Below are positions 21,362-30,173 of a stretch of 64,000 nucleotides of DNA, in pieces. Below the pieces are notes generated by a model that searched no databases, had not been told where the DNA came from, and saw only the letters and a program-made list of their open reading frames with translations. Numbering within the stretch: position 1 is the stretch's first letter; every line of letters starts with the position of its first letter. Made by a program: the position numbers and the translations under genes. The DNA is from Bacillota bacterium (GTDB lineage: Bacteria; Bacillota_I; Bacilli_A; Erysipelotrichales; Erysipelotrichaceae): positions 10,870 through 74,869 of the forward strand of contig JAHFCO010000005.1 in the NCBI GenBank assembly GCA_023249475.1. The letters are read 5' to 3'.

Positions 21362-22002
21362 TCATCGCACCTTCGATCCTCTCGATGGATTTCTCTTCCA
21401 TGGAGAGTCAACTCAAACTCGTCAAGGAAGGCGGGGCCGCCTGGCTTCATTTCGACGTCATGGACGGGCATTTCGTCCGTAACCTGACCTTCGGACCGGA
21501 TCTTCTCAAAGGCGTCCGAAAGCTCTCGGATTTGGTGATGGACGTCCACATCATGGTGGAGGACCCCGCGTATTTCGCCCCGGTGTTCATGGATGCCGGC
21601 GCCGACGGGATCACGTTCCACATCGAAGCGTGCAAGGACCTGGACGAAGTCCGTTCGATCCTTACGCTGATCCGCTCGAGAAACAAACGCGCGGGCATCT
21701 CCCTGCGTCCCCAAACCCCAATCGAGAGCCTCTATCCCGTCCTGGACGAGTGCGACATGGTCCTGATCATGAGCGTCAACCCCGGGTTCGGCGGGCAAGT
21801 CTTCATCGAGGAGGCATTGAAAAAAATCACGGATCTGCGCCATGAAATCCAACGCCGGGGCTTATCCGTCTTGATCGAGGTGGACGGCGGCATCAACAAG
21901 ACGACGGGCAAGGCGTGTGAAGACGCCGGGGCCGACGTCCTGGTGGCGGGAAGCTACGTGTTTAAAAACGACATCCCGGAAGCCATACGGAGTCTCATGT
22001 GA
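21358..22002 (+). CDS. rpe: Ribulose-phosphate 3-epimerase
   Basis: 214 aa. PSILS.D, HFDVMDGHFV, VNPGFGGQ and VDGGIN motifs. Confidence 0.95.
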   Translation: MIIAPSILSMDFSSMESQLKLVKEGGAAWLHFDVMDGHFVRNLTFGPDLLKGVRKLSDLVMDVHIMVEDPAYFAPVFMDAGADGITFHIEACKDLDEVRSILTLIRSRNKRAGISLRPQTPIESLYPVLDECDMVLIMSVNPGFGGQVFIEEALKKITDLRHEIQRRGLSVLIEVDGGINKTTGKACEDAGADVLVAGSYVFKNDIPEAIRSLM

Positions 22003-22607
22003 AGAAGGCGGTCCTGGTCTGCGGATGGCAGGACGACATCCCTTCGCGTTTCGACGGCGACGTGGTCGGGATCGACCGCGGCGCGGTCTTGTTGGCGCGC
22101 CAGAAAACGACGATGGCGTTGGCCATCGGGGACTTCGATTCGATCTCAGTCCATGAACGACAAGAAGTCCAACGCTATGCAAAGCGGATGATCGTACTCC
22201 CGACGCAGAAAGAAGTCAGCGACACCGAAGCCGCGATCGATGATTGCATCGCGGCGGGATATGATGAAATCGTCCTTTGGGGCGGGCTGGGCGGTCGCTT
22301 CGACCATGCCTGGGTCAACTTCCTCTTACTCAAGAAACATCCTTCCTTGCGGTTGACGGATGCGCAGAACGACGTCTATACAATCGGCGAGGGGACCCAC
22401 GACATCGTTTCGACCCCTCGCAAGTATGTTTCGATCTTCGCCCTCCAACGCAGTGAACTCTCCTTAAGCGGGTTCGCCTATCCTTTGGACCACGCGGTGT
22501 TCGAATTCGACACGACCTTGGGGCTAAGCAACGAAGTCCAAAAAGAAAATGCACAAATCATTGTGCACTCGGGTCGATTGATGATCATACTGAGTCAAGA
22601 CAAATAA
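21999..22607 (+). CDS. thiN: Thiamine pyrophosphokinase
   Basis: 202 aa. The GTG start overlaps the rpe stop. GDFDS motif and conserved position after rpe. Confidence 0.8.
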   Translation: MKKAVLVCGWQDDIPSRFDGDVVGIDRGAVLLARQKTTMALAIGDFDSISVHERQEVQRYAKRMIVLPTQKEVSDTEAAIDDCIAAGYDEIVLWGGLGGRFDHAWVNFLLLKKHPSLRLTDAQNDVYTIGEGTHDIVSTPRKYVSIFALQRSELSLSGFAYPLDHAVFEFDTTLGLSNEVQKENAQIIVHSGRLMIILSQDK

Positions 22608-22629
22608 AAAATGGAGTTGCCTCCATTTG
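22604..22629. terminator. Bidirectional terminator between thiN and rpmB
   Basis: A-run, ATGGAG-TTGC-CTCCAT, then TTT. Confidence 0.7.
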
Positions 22630-22632
22630 ATA

Positions 22633-22824
22633 CTAGCCTTGTTGCGCGGCTTTCAATGTTTTCAAAGCACGGGCGGAAACACGGATACGGACAGTGCGTC
22701 CATCAATGACGACTTTGACCTTTTGTAGGTTAACGTTCCAGCGACGGCGGGAAGCCTGCAGGGAGTGAGAGCGCTTATTTCCGTATTGAGCTGTTTTACC
22801 GGTTACGGCACAAACTTTTGACAT
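22633..22824 (-). CDS. rpmB: 50S ribosomal protein L28
   Basis: 63 aa. MSKVCAVTGK...GNKRSHSLQASRRRWNVNLQKV. Confidence 0.95.
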   Translation of the reverse strand: MSKVCAVTGKTAQYGNKRSHSLQASRRRWNVNLQKVKVVIDGRTVRIRVSARALKTLKAAQQG

Positions 22825-22965
22825 ACCGAAGACCTCCTTTCGAATGGATTTTGCTTTGTTAGTGTATCATGAACACCCATGGAATGCAAGTAAAATGGGG
22901 AAAAAATCTTTTTTAAAACAGTCCTGCCTATGGTATGATATAGGCAAGATTAAGGAGGGAAGTAC

Positions 22966-24213
22966 GTGAACGATCAACAGATCTATGCGGCCTTGGAATT
23001 GGCAGATCATGAAGTCCGCCTTTTGGTCGGTGAATTCCACAATACCCGTCTCAATATCCTGAAAGTTGAAAAAGTGAAGTGCTCGGGGATCGAAGGAGTG
23101 ACGATCATCGATCAGGACGCTGTCGTGACAGCGCTCAAATCGGCCGTCAACAACGCTTCCGCCAATCTGGGGGCGAGGATCCAACGAGTGCTTTTGTTAT
23201 TGCCCTCCTGGGGGATGAAACGGTTCACCCGTCGCGTGCAGGTCGCCGTCGACCGCAACGTCGGATACACGGATGTCCGCAACGCGATCCGCGAAGCGAT
23301 GAAGACCGACTTGACGGATGATTATGAACTGATCAACACGATCATCACGAAATACACCATCAACGGCATCGGCTACCGCAGGTTGCCGGTCGGGGAAGAA
23401 TGTTCGTCGATGAGCGTCGATATCGACCTGTTTTGCGCCGATAAGGAACTGACCTTCAATTACGCCCAAGTCGTCGAAAAAGCCGGCTTGGAAATCAGCG
23501 ACGTCAGCCTGGACGGATTCGCCGTCGCCAAGGAAGCTTCGTTGGCGGAAAAGAGCATCGAACATTTCATCATCCTGGTCCGTGCCGAACGCCAGACCAC
23601 CACGTTGACCTTGTTCGCGAAGGGTCGCCTGATCTCATCCGAAGTGCTGTTGGGCGGAAGCGACGCCTTGATCGGTGCGATCACCGACGACTACCGTCTG
23701 CCCATCGACGTGGCGGAGAGATTGCTCTACCACAACGCGCGGCTCGGCATGGAAAAATACCCGGACAGTCCGATTTTCCTTTGGAGCAACGAAGGGAAGA
23801 CCTATACGATCAGCGAAAACCAGTTGATCAAATCCATCACCCAACCGGTCGAAGACTGGATCCGCGAAATCAAGCGTTCCTGCGACCCCATCCTCGAGAC
23901 CGGCAAAGTCAGCCTGGTCTTGACGGGCGAAGCCGCCGAGATCGTCGGTTTCGACCAACTGCTCGCGAAGGCGATCGGCGTGGATACCGAAACCTATACC
24001 CCCGAGACGCTTGGCGTCCGCAGCGCCTCCCTGGCGGCGGTCGTCGGTCTCTTCTACGTTTTGAAAGACCAATTATCCTACCGGAAAAGCATTCTGCCCG
24101 GCATCAACATGGAAGAGTTCCATGCAAGCCTGGCCGGAGCGAAGTCCGGCGGGGTCGACGATACCTTGACGCGCAAGTTGAAAGGCATCTTGTTTGAATC
24201 CAGAGGAAAATAA
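22966..24213 (+). CDS. ftsA: Cell division protein FtsA
   Basis: 415 aa. Actin-like fold sequence followed directly by ftsZ. GTG start 6 nt after AAGGAGGG. Confidence 0.88.
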   Translation: MNDQQIYAALELADHEVRLLVGEFHNTRLNILKVEKVKCSGIEGVTIIDQDAVVTALKSAVNNASANLGARIQRVLLLLPSWGMKRFTRRVQVAVDRNVGYTDVRNAIREAMKTDLTDDYELINTIITKYTINGIGYRRLPVGEECSSMSVDIDLFCADKELTFNYAQVVEKAGLEISDVSLDGFAVAKEASLAEKSIEHFIILVRAERQTTTLTLFAKGRLISSEVLLGGSDALIGAITDDYRLPIDVAERLLYHNARLGMEKYPDSPIFLWSNEGKTYTISENQLIKSITQPVEDWIREIKRSCDPILETGKVSLVLTGEAAEIVGFDQLLAKAIGVDTETYTPETLGVRSASLAAVVGLFYVLKDQLSYRKSILPGINMEEFHASLAGAKSGGVDDTLTRKLKGILFESRGK

Positions 24214-24228
24214 CGGAGGTTCCCACAT

Positions 24229-25296
24229 ATGAGCGATTTACAGTACAGTCAGGTAGCGAAAATCAAAGTCTTCGGAGTCGGCGGGGCAGGATGCAACGCC
24301 ATCAACCGGATGGTGGACGAAGGCTTGCAAGGTGTCGAATTCTACGTCGCCAACACCGATGTCCAAGTGTTGAATATCTCCAACGCGCAAAACAAGATCG
24401 TCCTCGGACGCGATACCACCAAAGGACTCGGAGCGGGGGCCAATCCGGAAATCGGGCGTAAAGCCGCGATGGAAAGCGAAGCGGAAATCCGCGAAGCGAT
24501 CAAGGGTTCCGACATGGTGTTCATCACCGCGGGCTTGGGCGGCGGCACCGGGACCGGTGCGGCGCCGATATTCGCAAAGATCGCCAAGGAACACGGGTGC
24601 CTTACCGTCGGGATCGTCACCAAACCGTTCAGTTTCGAAGGGAAGCGCCGGATGAACCAGGCGTTGGCCGGTCTTGAAGAACTGCGCCAATACGTCGATT
24701 CCCTCATCATCGTCTCCAACAACCAATTGCTTGAAGTCATCGGCCGCATCCCTTTCGTGGAAGCGTTCAAAGAAGCCGACAACGTATTGCGTCAAGGCGT
24801 CCAGACCATCACCGACTTGATCGCCGTCCCTGCGATGATCAACCTCGACTTCGCGGATGTCCGCACGGTCATGGAAGGCCAAGGGACCGCGTTGATCGGG
24901 ATCGGGATGGCCCAGGGCGAATCCAAAGCCTCCGACGCCGCCTCCAAGGCGATCACTTCGCCCTTGCTTGAAGCGCAGATCCGCGGTGCGCGCAACGCCA
25001 TCGTCAACGTCACCGGCGGCAACACCATCACCATCTACGACGCCAACGACGCCGTCGAATACATCCGCGAAGCCGCGGGGCAGGACATCGACATCATCTT
25101 CGGTGTCGCGATCAACGACAAGATCGGCGACAGCATCATCGTCACCGTCATCGCGACCGGCTTCGACCTGCCGCGCCAAAACGTCACGGTCCGTCCGATC
25201 GCCGAAGCCCGCAAGGTCTTCGACGCCATCAAGGAACCCGAACTCGACGCCGACGACGACAGCGACATCCCGAATTTCTTCCGCACAAGAGGTTGA
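24229..25296 (+). CDS. ftsZ: Cell division GTPase FtsZ
   Basis: 355 aa. Contains GVGGAGCNA and the tubulin signature [10 protein letters not shown]. Confidence 0.97.
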   Translation: MSDLQYSQVAKIKVFGVGGAGCNAINRMVDEGLQGVEFYVANTDVQVLNISNAQNKIVLGRDTTKGLGAGANPEIGRKAAMESEAEIREAIKGSDMVFITAGLGGGTGTGAAPIFAKIAKEHGCLTVGIVTKPFSFEGKRRMNQALAGLEELRQYVDSLIIVSNNQLLEVIGRIPFVEAFKEADNVLRQGVQTITDLIAVPAMINLDFADVRTVMEGQGTALIGIGMAQGESKASDAASKAITSPLLEAQIRGARNAIVNVTGGNTITIYDANDAVEYIREAAGQDIDIIFGVAINDKIGDSIIVTVIATGFDLPRQNVTVRPIAEARKVFDAIKEPELDADDDSDIPNFFRTRG

Positions 25297-25313
25297 CCCC
25301 AACCTCTTTTTTA
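25288..25313 (+). terminator. Terminator overlapping the ftsZ stop
   Basis: AGAGGTT-GACCCC-AACCTCT followed by TTTTT. Confidence 0.8.
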
Positions 25314-25377
25314 TGCAAAGGCGCTTCCTTTGCCTTTTAAAATGAAAACTGATAGGATGTTCGCGAGGAGGCTATCC

Positions 25378-25839
25378 ATGAACATCCTTTATTTCCATTC
25401 CAATCTCTTGCGCGACACCTATCGCTGCCGGCAAGTCCGTTTTCGTCTCTGGGGGTTTATGCGCCATACCGACATCGACGCGATCTTCATCGCCGAAAGC
25501 GACAAAGCGGATGCGGGCGAACTGCAGGCGCTGAAAACACAGCTTGGCGAATTCGGCTGCCTGATCCTCGATAAAACCGGCAAGTACCGGATCGACGACG
25601 AGTTGATCGTGTTCGAGCCCCTTTCGTTGCTTGTGGACGACCAACGTTTCATCCCGCTGGACGGGTCGGTCATCCTGATAGAAACCCAGCCCGAAATCCA
25701 TGGCAACTACATCGCCCTCGATTTCTTCGCCGACGAGGATTTCGCCGATTACCACGGGGAAATCGACGCCCAAAGCCTCGTCGAGCTGAAAGATCTCATG
25801 AATGGCAGACCCAAACGCAATAAGAGCCACCTAAATTAG
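25378..25839 (+). CDS. Hypothetical acidic protein
   Basis: Within ORF 25330..25839. ATG 25378 follows GAGGAGG. I recognise no motif. Confidence 0.5.
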   Translation: MNILYFHSNLLRDTYRCRQVRFRLWGFMRHTDIDAIFIAESDKADAGELQALKTQLGEFGCLILDKTGKYRIDDELIVFEPLSLLVDDQRFIPLDGSVILIETQPEIHGNYIALDFFADEDFADYHGEIDAQSLVELKDLMNGRPKRNKSHLN

Positions 25840-25850
25840 GTGGTTTTTTA
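25827..25850 (+). terminator. Terminator overlapping the stop of the hypothetical gene
   Basis: CCACCTA-AAT-TAGGTGG followed by TTTTTT. Confidence 0.8.
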
Positions 25851-25947
25851 TATATAATTGATTATGTTGATAAATTAATTAAAAAAATCAATAAAATACT
25901 TGACATAATTAATAAACAGGTTTACTCTATGGGTGTGAGGTGAGAAT

Positions 25948-26226
25948 ATGGCAAAGAGAATCAAGATACACATCGATACCCCGGAGAGAAAGATCCATCT
26001 CCCGTCGGTCGGAAAGACCACGGCGATCACCTTCATCCGATTCGGACTCTGGGGATCAAGCTTCGCGAAAGACATGGAACCCGAAACCAGGGAATGGATT
26101 CGCGAAAACAAGGAAGTGATCATCGACGCTGTGAAAGACGTCTTCAAGATACTGCAGGATTTTGAACCGTTCACACTGGTCGAGGTCGAAAGCGAAGATA
26201 CGCATATCCTCATCGACGTAATCTAG
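25948..26226 (+). CDS. Hypothetical 92-aa protein, paralogous to the C-terminal module of 26610..26990
   Basis: RBS GTGAGGTGAG upstream. AKRIKIHIDT...LVEVESEDTHILIDV aligns with AKRMVRILVNS...LVSVDSEDGDKVRIFVD of the third gene in the operon. Confidence 0.55.
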   Translation: MAKRIKIHIDTPERKIHLPSVGKTTAITFIRFGLWGSSFAKDMEPETREWIRENKEVIIDAVKDVFKILQDFEPFTLVEVESEDTHILIDVI

Positions 26227-26238
26227 GAGGTACGAAAC

Positions 26239-26601
26239 ATGAAAAGAGAAGTCATTGGTGTTTGCCCGGTATGTTCCTCCGATCTACTGGCGACCCGGTT
26301 GACCTGCGTCAACTGCCATACGGAAATCACAGGGGAGTTCTCGTTATCGAAGTTCAGTTACCTGAACCGCGACGAGCTCTACTTCATCGAAACCTTTATC
26401 AGGGTCCAGGGCAACATCAAAGAAATGGAAAGGGAATTGAACGTTTCCTATCCGACCGTCAAAAAGAATCTGGATGCGATCATCACGAAATTGGGGTTCG
26501 CACCGCCGAAGCCGGTCCAGGACGATGAAGCCGAGGTCTTGGCGAAGTTGAAGAACAAAGAGATCAGCGTGGAAGACGCGCTTGAACTATTAAGAAAGTA
26601 G
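26239..26601 (+). CDS. DUF2089-family protein (N-terminal zinc ribbon plus HTH-like region)
   Basis: 120 aa. CPVCSS...CVNCHTEITGEF, then ELYFIETFIRVQGNIKEMERELNVSYPTVKKNL. Confidence 0.75.
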   Translation: MKREVIGVCPVCSSDLLATRLTCVNCHTEITGEFSLSKFSYLNRDELYFIETFIRVQGNIKEMERELNVSYPTVKKNLDAIITKLGFAPPKPVQDDEAEVLAKLKNKEISVEDALELLRK

Positions 26602-26609
26602 GAGAAACA

Positions 26610-26990
26610 ATGAACTCGAAAGAACAAATCCTGGAAATGGTCAAAGACGGTACGATTACCGTCGAAGAAGGACTGAAGCTGCTCAACGCGATGGAAGCGA
26701 CCCCTGCGAAGGGATTCGCCCCCGCCCCGTCCAAACTCGCCAATGCGAAACGCATGGTACGGATCCTGGTGAATAGCGAAAAGGGCGACAACGTCCGCGT
26801 CAACATCCCCTTGGCCTTGGTCAAAGTCGGGATGGACATTGGATCCAAAATGAAGATCGATGGCAAGCAAGTGGACTTGAAGGGCATCGATTTCGACGAA
26901 ATCATCGCGATGATCGATGAAGGCGCGACCGGGGAACTGGTCAGCGTCGACTCGGAAGACGGCGACAAAGTCCGGATCTTCGTCGACTAG
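26610..26990 (+). CDS. SHOCT-like / LiaX-YvlB N-terminal-like domain protein
   Basis: 126 aa. N-terminal KEQILEMVKDGTITVEEGLKLLNAME helix pair, followed by a beta-rich module. This is the usual partner of DUF2089 genes. Confidence 0.6.
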   Translation: MNSKEQILEMVKDGTITVEEGLKLLNAMEATPAKGFAPAPSKLANAKRMVRILVNSEKGDNVRVNIPLALVKVGMDIGSKMKIDGKQVDLKGIDFDEIIAMIDEGATGELVSVDSEDGDKVRIFVD

Positions 26991-27000
26991 ATCAAACGAT

Positions 27001-27173
27001 CCAAATCACTGGATGCGAAAGCTTGGACCGCCGTGTCCAAACCAGTCGAAGATCGTCGACAAACAAACCCAGGGTGCAAATCGCTGAAAGCGAAAGCCCG
27101 CTTGAGAAAAGCGGACCAACCCGACCCAAAACGTACTTAAGATTGGATGTTGCAAATCGCTGGATGCGAAAGT
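27001..27173 (+). repeat. Three near-identical 22-nt cores spaced 75 and 76 nt apart, plus a degenerate fourth at 27280-27302
   Basis: CCAAATCACTGGATGCGAAAGC (27001), GCAAATCGCTGAAAGCGAAAGC (27076), GCAAATCGCTGGATGCGAAAGT (27152). Confidence 0.8.
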
Positions 27174-27408
27174 CCGCTCGGCCGTGAATGGACCAGACAG
27201 TACCGATCGTAAGGAATTCCCCGAAACCATGCTTTGAAGATCCAAGTGCAGACCCCTTCGTTGAGAAGTCAAACCCGGTCCAACGCGCTGTAAGCGCAAG
27301 TCTCATCGCCGTATGAAGACCAATCCGAGCCCCTCTGTAGACAACGAAGAAACAACGTAAGATCGACACTTCCCGACACCACGGGAGGCAAAGCAGAGAT
27401 CGTAAACG

Positions 27409-27434
27409 AAAAGATGCCGATTCGGCATCTTTTC
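27409..27434 (+). terminator. Rho-independent terminator closing the non-coding region
   Basis: AAAAGATGCCG-ATT-CGGCATCTTTT. Confidence 0.85.
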
Positions 27435-27497
27435 CATGTCTTTGATAGACAGTGATTTTTCGAAAAGGTATACTGATACTGTAAAGCGAGGTATCCT

Positions 27498-28301
27498 ATG
27501 TTACGTCTTGTACGCGAAGAAGAGAAAGAGAAACTACTGAACCGGCTACGGAAAGACCCCTCACGCGCCATGTTCATCATCGGCGATATCGAACAAAACG
27601 GTCTGCATACGGACTATCAGACCACGTGGGTCGAAGAAGTCGAGGGGGAATACTTGGCCGTTTATCTGAAATACCACAAGAACTTCGTGTTCTATCTTTT
27701 CAACGATGCGTTTGAACCCAAGCACTTGCTCGATTTACTGAAACAAGTCCGACCGATCAACTGTAACGCGGCGAAATCGCATTTCGTTCAAGTGCATCCG
27801 TTGATCCGGTCGTTCGTCGACGTACGCGAGATGTACTTCTGCGAATGTTCAAGTCAAGACCATGGCGTCGCCTTGACCGACGTGCGCAGGGCGGAAGTAA
27901 GCGATGCGGAAGCGATCGCCCGATCGCTCGATCGCATCGTCGAGTTCAATATGGAACCGTTGACGATCGAAGAGCGGACAGAGCGGATCCGATCCCGGTT
28001 CGCAGAAAACAAATCCAGGGGGTTTGTGGTCGAAAAGGACCAACAGGTGGTCGCTTATGCGTCCACCGCCGTCGAGACCGGCACGTCCGCGATGGTCGCA
28101 TCCGTCTTTTGTCTGCCGGAGTATCGTGGAAAGGGATATGCCAAACAAGCGGTATGGGCGCTGACCGAAGACTGCCTGAACAAGGGTCTGGTGCCCTGCC
28201 TGTTCTACGACAACCCTTCGGCCGGCAGGATTTATCATAGCTTAGGCTATGTCACCTTCGATACATGGGTTTTGGCGAAAGTGGAGGGGGAGATCGCATG
28301 A
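27498..28301 (+). CDS. GNAT-family N-acetyltransferase with an N-terminal extension
   Basis: 267 aa. C-terminal acetyl-CoA-binding-like region (CLPEYRGKGYAKQAV). Confidence 0.7.
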   Translation: MLRLVREEEKEKLLNRLRKDPSRAMFIIGDIEQNGLHTDYQTTWVEEVEGEYLAVYLKYHKNFVFYLFNDAFEPKHLLDLLKQVRPINCNAAKSHFVQVHPLIRSFVDVREMYFCECSSQDHGVALTDVRRAEVSDAEAIARSLDRIVEFNMEPLTIEERTERIRSRFAENKSRGFVVEKDQQVVAYASTAVETGTSAMVASVFCLPEYRGKGYAKQAVWALTEDCLNKGLVPCLFYDNPSAGRIYHSLGYVTFDTWVLAKVEGEIA

Positions 28302-30172
28302 AAATCGCAATGGCGCAGCTCAGTGTGAAAGCGGGGCGCGCGGATTTGAACCTGGCGCGGATGAAAGAAATGGTGGACGAGGCCAAACTTCAGTCGGCGG
28401 ACCTCATCGTTTTCCCGGAAATGTCGGTCCCGGGGTACATTCTGCAAGACCGATGGCTGCATACCTCGTTTCGAAACGAAATGGCGACGGCGAACGAGTT
28501 GATCCGCTCGTGGAGCGACGGGATCGGGATTATCTGGGGGAACGTGGTCACGGAGCAATTCGGGGTCGCGAAAACCAACCGGGATGGCCGGCCGATCCGT
28601 ACCAACGCGGCGCTTTTCGCCTGTGATCAAAAATATGTCCAACGCGACGTCCAGTTCTTGGACGGCGTCTATGTAAAACACTGCATGCCGGATTATCGTT
28701 TCTTCGACGACTCGCGGTATTTCATGAGCGGATTGGAGATCGCCCGCTTCAACAAGTGGACGGTTTCAGGATTGGTGAGTCCGTTTCATTTCAAACGCGA
28801 CGGCAAAACCTACAAGATCGGTCTGGAAATCTGCGAAGACCTTTGGAGCAAGGATTATGCGGTCGACCCGACCTCCCTGTACATCAAGCAGGGGGTGGAT
28901 TTCATCGTCAACATTTCCGCCTCGCCCTGGACGCTCAGGAAAGAACTGAGCCGTGAGAAACGGATGGCCGAGCATGTGGCCAACCATGGCGAGAAGATGG
29001 TCCCCTTGGTCTATGTGAACGCCTGCGGAATGCAGAACACGGGCAAGAACGTGCTGGTCTTCGACGGCGACAGCACATGTTACGGCAAGGACGGGAAACC
29101 GATGGTTTCCTGCAACGATGCCTTCGAAGAAGAACTTTGCATTTTCGAACTGGGCGATACCCGTCCGGTCGTAAACACCCCTTCGAAACTATTGGAAGCG
29201 TTGATCCACGGAATCCGTGAGTTCGATGCGCAAACCCTTCCGTTCCACCCGAAATGGATCATCGGACTCTCCGGCGGGGTCGATTCGTCGATCAACGCCG
29301 CGCTTCTCAGTTTGGCGATCGGATCCAAGCGGATCGTCGGCTACAATATGGCGAGCCGCTACAACGCCGACGCGACCATCTCGATCGCCCGGACGTTGGC
29401 CGAAGCGCTGGATATCGACTATCATGAAGGAAGCATCGAGGACTTGGTCGAATCGACTTCACGCACGGTCGACGGGTTCGGCTATGAAAACAAGGTCGCC
29501 GGATTGGTCCATGAAAACGTCCAAGCCCGCATCCGAGGACATCTTTTGTCGACGTTTTCCGCCATCGAAGGCGGGGTCGTCTGCAACAACGGAAACAAAG
29601 TCGAATTGGCGATCGGATATGCGACCCTCTACGGCGATGCGATCGGCGCCCTGAGTCCATTGGGCGACCTGACCAAGGTGCAGCTCTTCGAACTTGCCCG
29701 GGAAATCAACCGACGCTTCGACAAGGAAATCGTCCCGGAAAGCCTCTTGCCTCAACTGAGCGAAACGACGATCGAATGGGAAGTCCCGCCGAGCGCCGAA
29801 CTGAAAGACAAACAACTCGACCCCATGAAATGGTTCTACCATGATTGGCTGGTCCAATACTTGATCGAATACCCGACCCGCAGCGCCATCGACGTGTTGG
29901 ACCTCTATCTGACCGGGAAATGGAAAGACATGGACGTCGCACGGTGGATCCGTTATTACGGGTTGGATGACCCCGACGCGTTCATCGCCGATTTGGAATG
30001 GTTCATGAACCTTTGGACCAAGGCCGTGTTCAAGCGGATCCAATTCCCGCCGATCTTGACGGTCAGCCGCGGCGCGTTCGGCAACGATTACCGCGAAAGC
30101 CAGATCAGCACCTTCCGCTCCCCCTTGTACGAGATGAAGCGGGCGCAGATCCTCGCGAAGAAGGCAACGTAA
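28298..30172 (+). CDS. nadE: Glutamine-dependent NAD+ synthetase (CN-hydrolase domain plus NAD synthase domain)
   Basis: Within ORF 28265..30172. MKIAMAQL...FPEMSVPGY, ICEDLW, and the PP-loop SGGVDSS. The ATG overlaps the GNAT stop (ATGA). Confidence 0.9.
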   Translation: MKIAMAQLSVKAGRADLNLARMKEMVDEAKLQSADLIVFPEMSVPGYILQDRWLHTSFRNEMATANELIRSWSDGIGIIWGNVVTEQFGVAKTNRDGRPIRTNAALFACDQKYVQRDVQFLDGVYVKHCMPDYRFFDDSRYFMSGLEIARFNKWTVSGLVSPFHFKRDGKTYKIGLEICEDLWSKDYAVDPTSLYIKQGVDFIVNISASPWTLRKELSREKRMAEHVANHGEKMVPLVYVNACGMQNTGKNVLVFDGDSTCYGKDGKPMVSCNDAFEEELCIFELGDTRPVVNTPSKLLEALIHGIREFDAQTLPFHPKWIIGLSGGVDSSINAALLSLAIGSKRIVGYNMASRYNADATISIARTLAEALDIDYHEGSIEDLVESTSRTVDGFGYENKVAGLVHENVQARIRGHLLSTFSAIEGGVVCNNGNKVELAIGYATLYGDAIGALSPLGDLTKVQLFELAREINRRFDKEIVPESLLPQLSETTIEWEVPPSAELKDKQLDPMKWFYHDWLVQYLIEYPTRSAIDVLDLYLTGKWKDMDVARWIRYYGLDDPDAFIADLEWFMNLWTKAVFKRIQFPPILTVSRGAFGNDYRESQISTFRSPLYEMKRAQILAKKAT

Positions 30173-30173
30173 G

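Larger units (their letters stand above)
26991..27434 (+). ncRNA. Candidate structured non-coding RNA or long structured 3' UTR of unknown class
   Basis: No plus-strand ORF of 60 aa or more. Four repeated two-hairpin units carry compensatory stem changes and a conserved loop motif. The region ends in a strong intrinsic terminator. See findings. Confidence 0.35.

Noticed and set aside
27001-27173. CRISPR-like appearance: 22-nt repeats ending GAAAG, separated by ~54-nt spacers.
   Set aside because: There are only three or four copies. The repeats are not identical. The spacers share conserved elements (second hairpin, GACCA, CGCCGU loop). No cas genes are in the window.
26992-27369. Minus-strand ORFs of 125 and 97 aa across the non-coding repeat region.
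   Set aside because: They have no RBS and an implausible composition. They run antisense into the end of the DUF2089 operon, and the repeat spacing of 75/76 nt is not frame-preserving.
26991-27434. Known housekeeping RNA (RNase P, tmRNA, SRP/4.5S, 6S) or a tandem riboswitch (glycine, c-di-GMP-I, TPP).
   Set aside because: I could not find the diagnostic elements:
- No GAGGAAAGUCC...ACAGAA pair for RNase P.
- No tRNA-like GGUUCGA..CCACCA end or tag reading frame for tmRNA.
- No GGAAGCAGCC-type SRP domain IV.
- Only partial GCAAA/GAAA resemblance to GEMM-I.
An Rfam scan is still needed.
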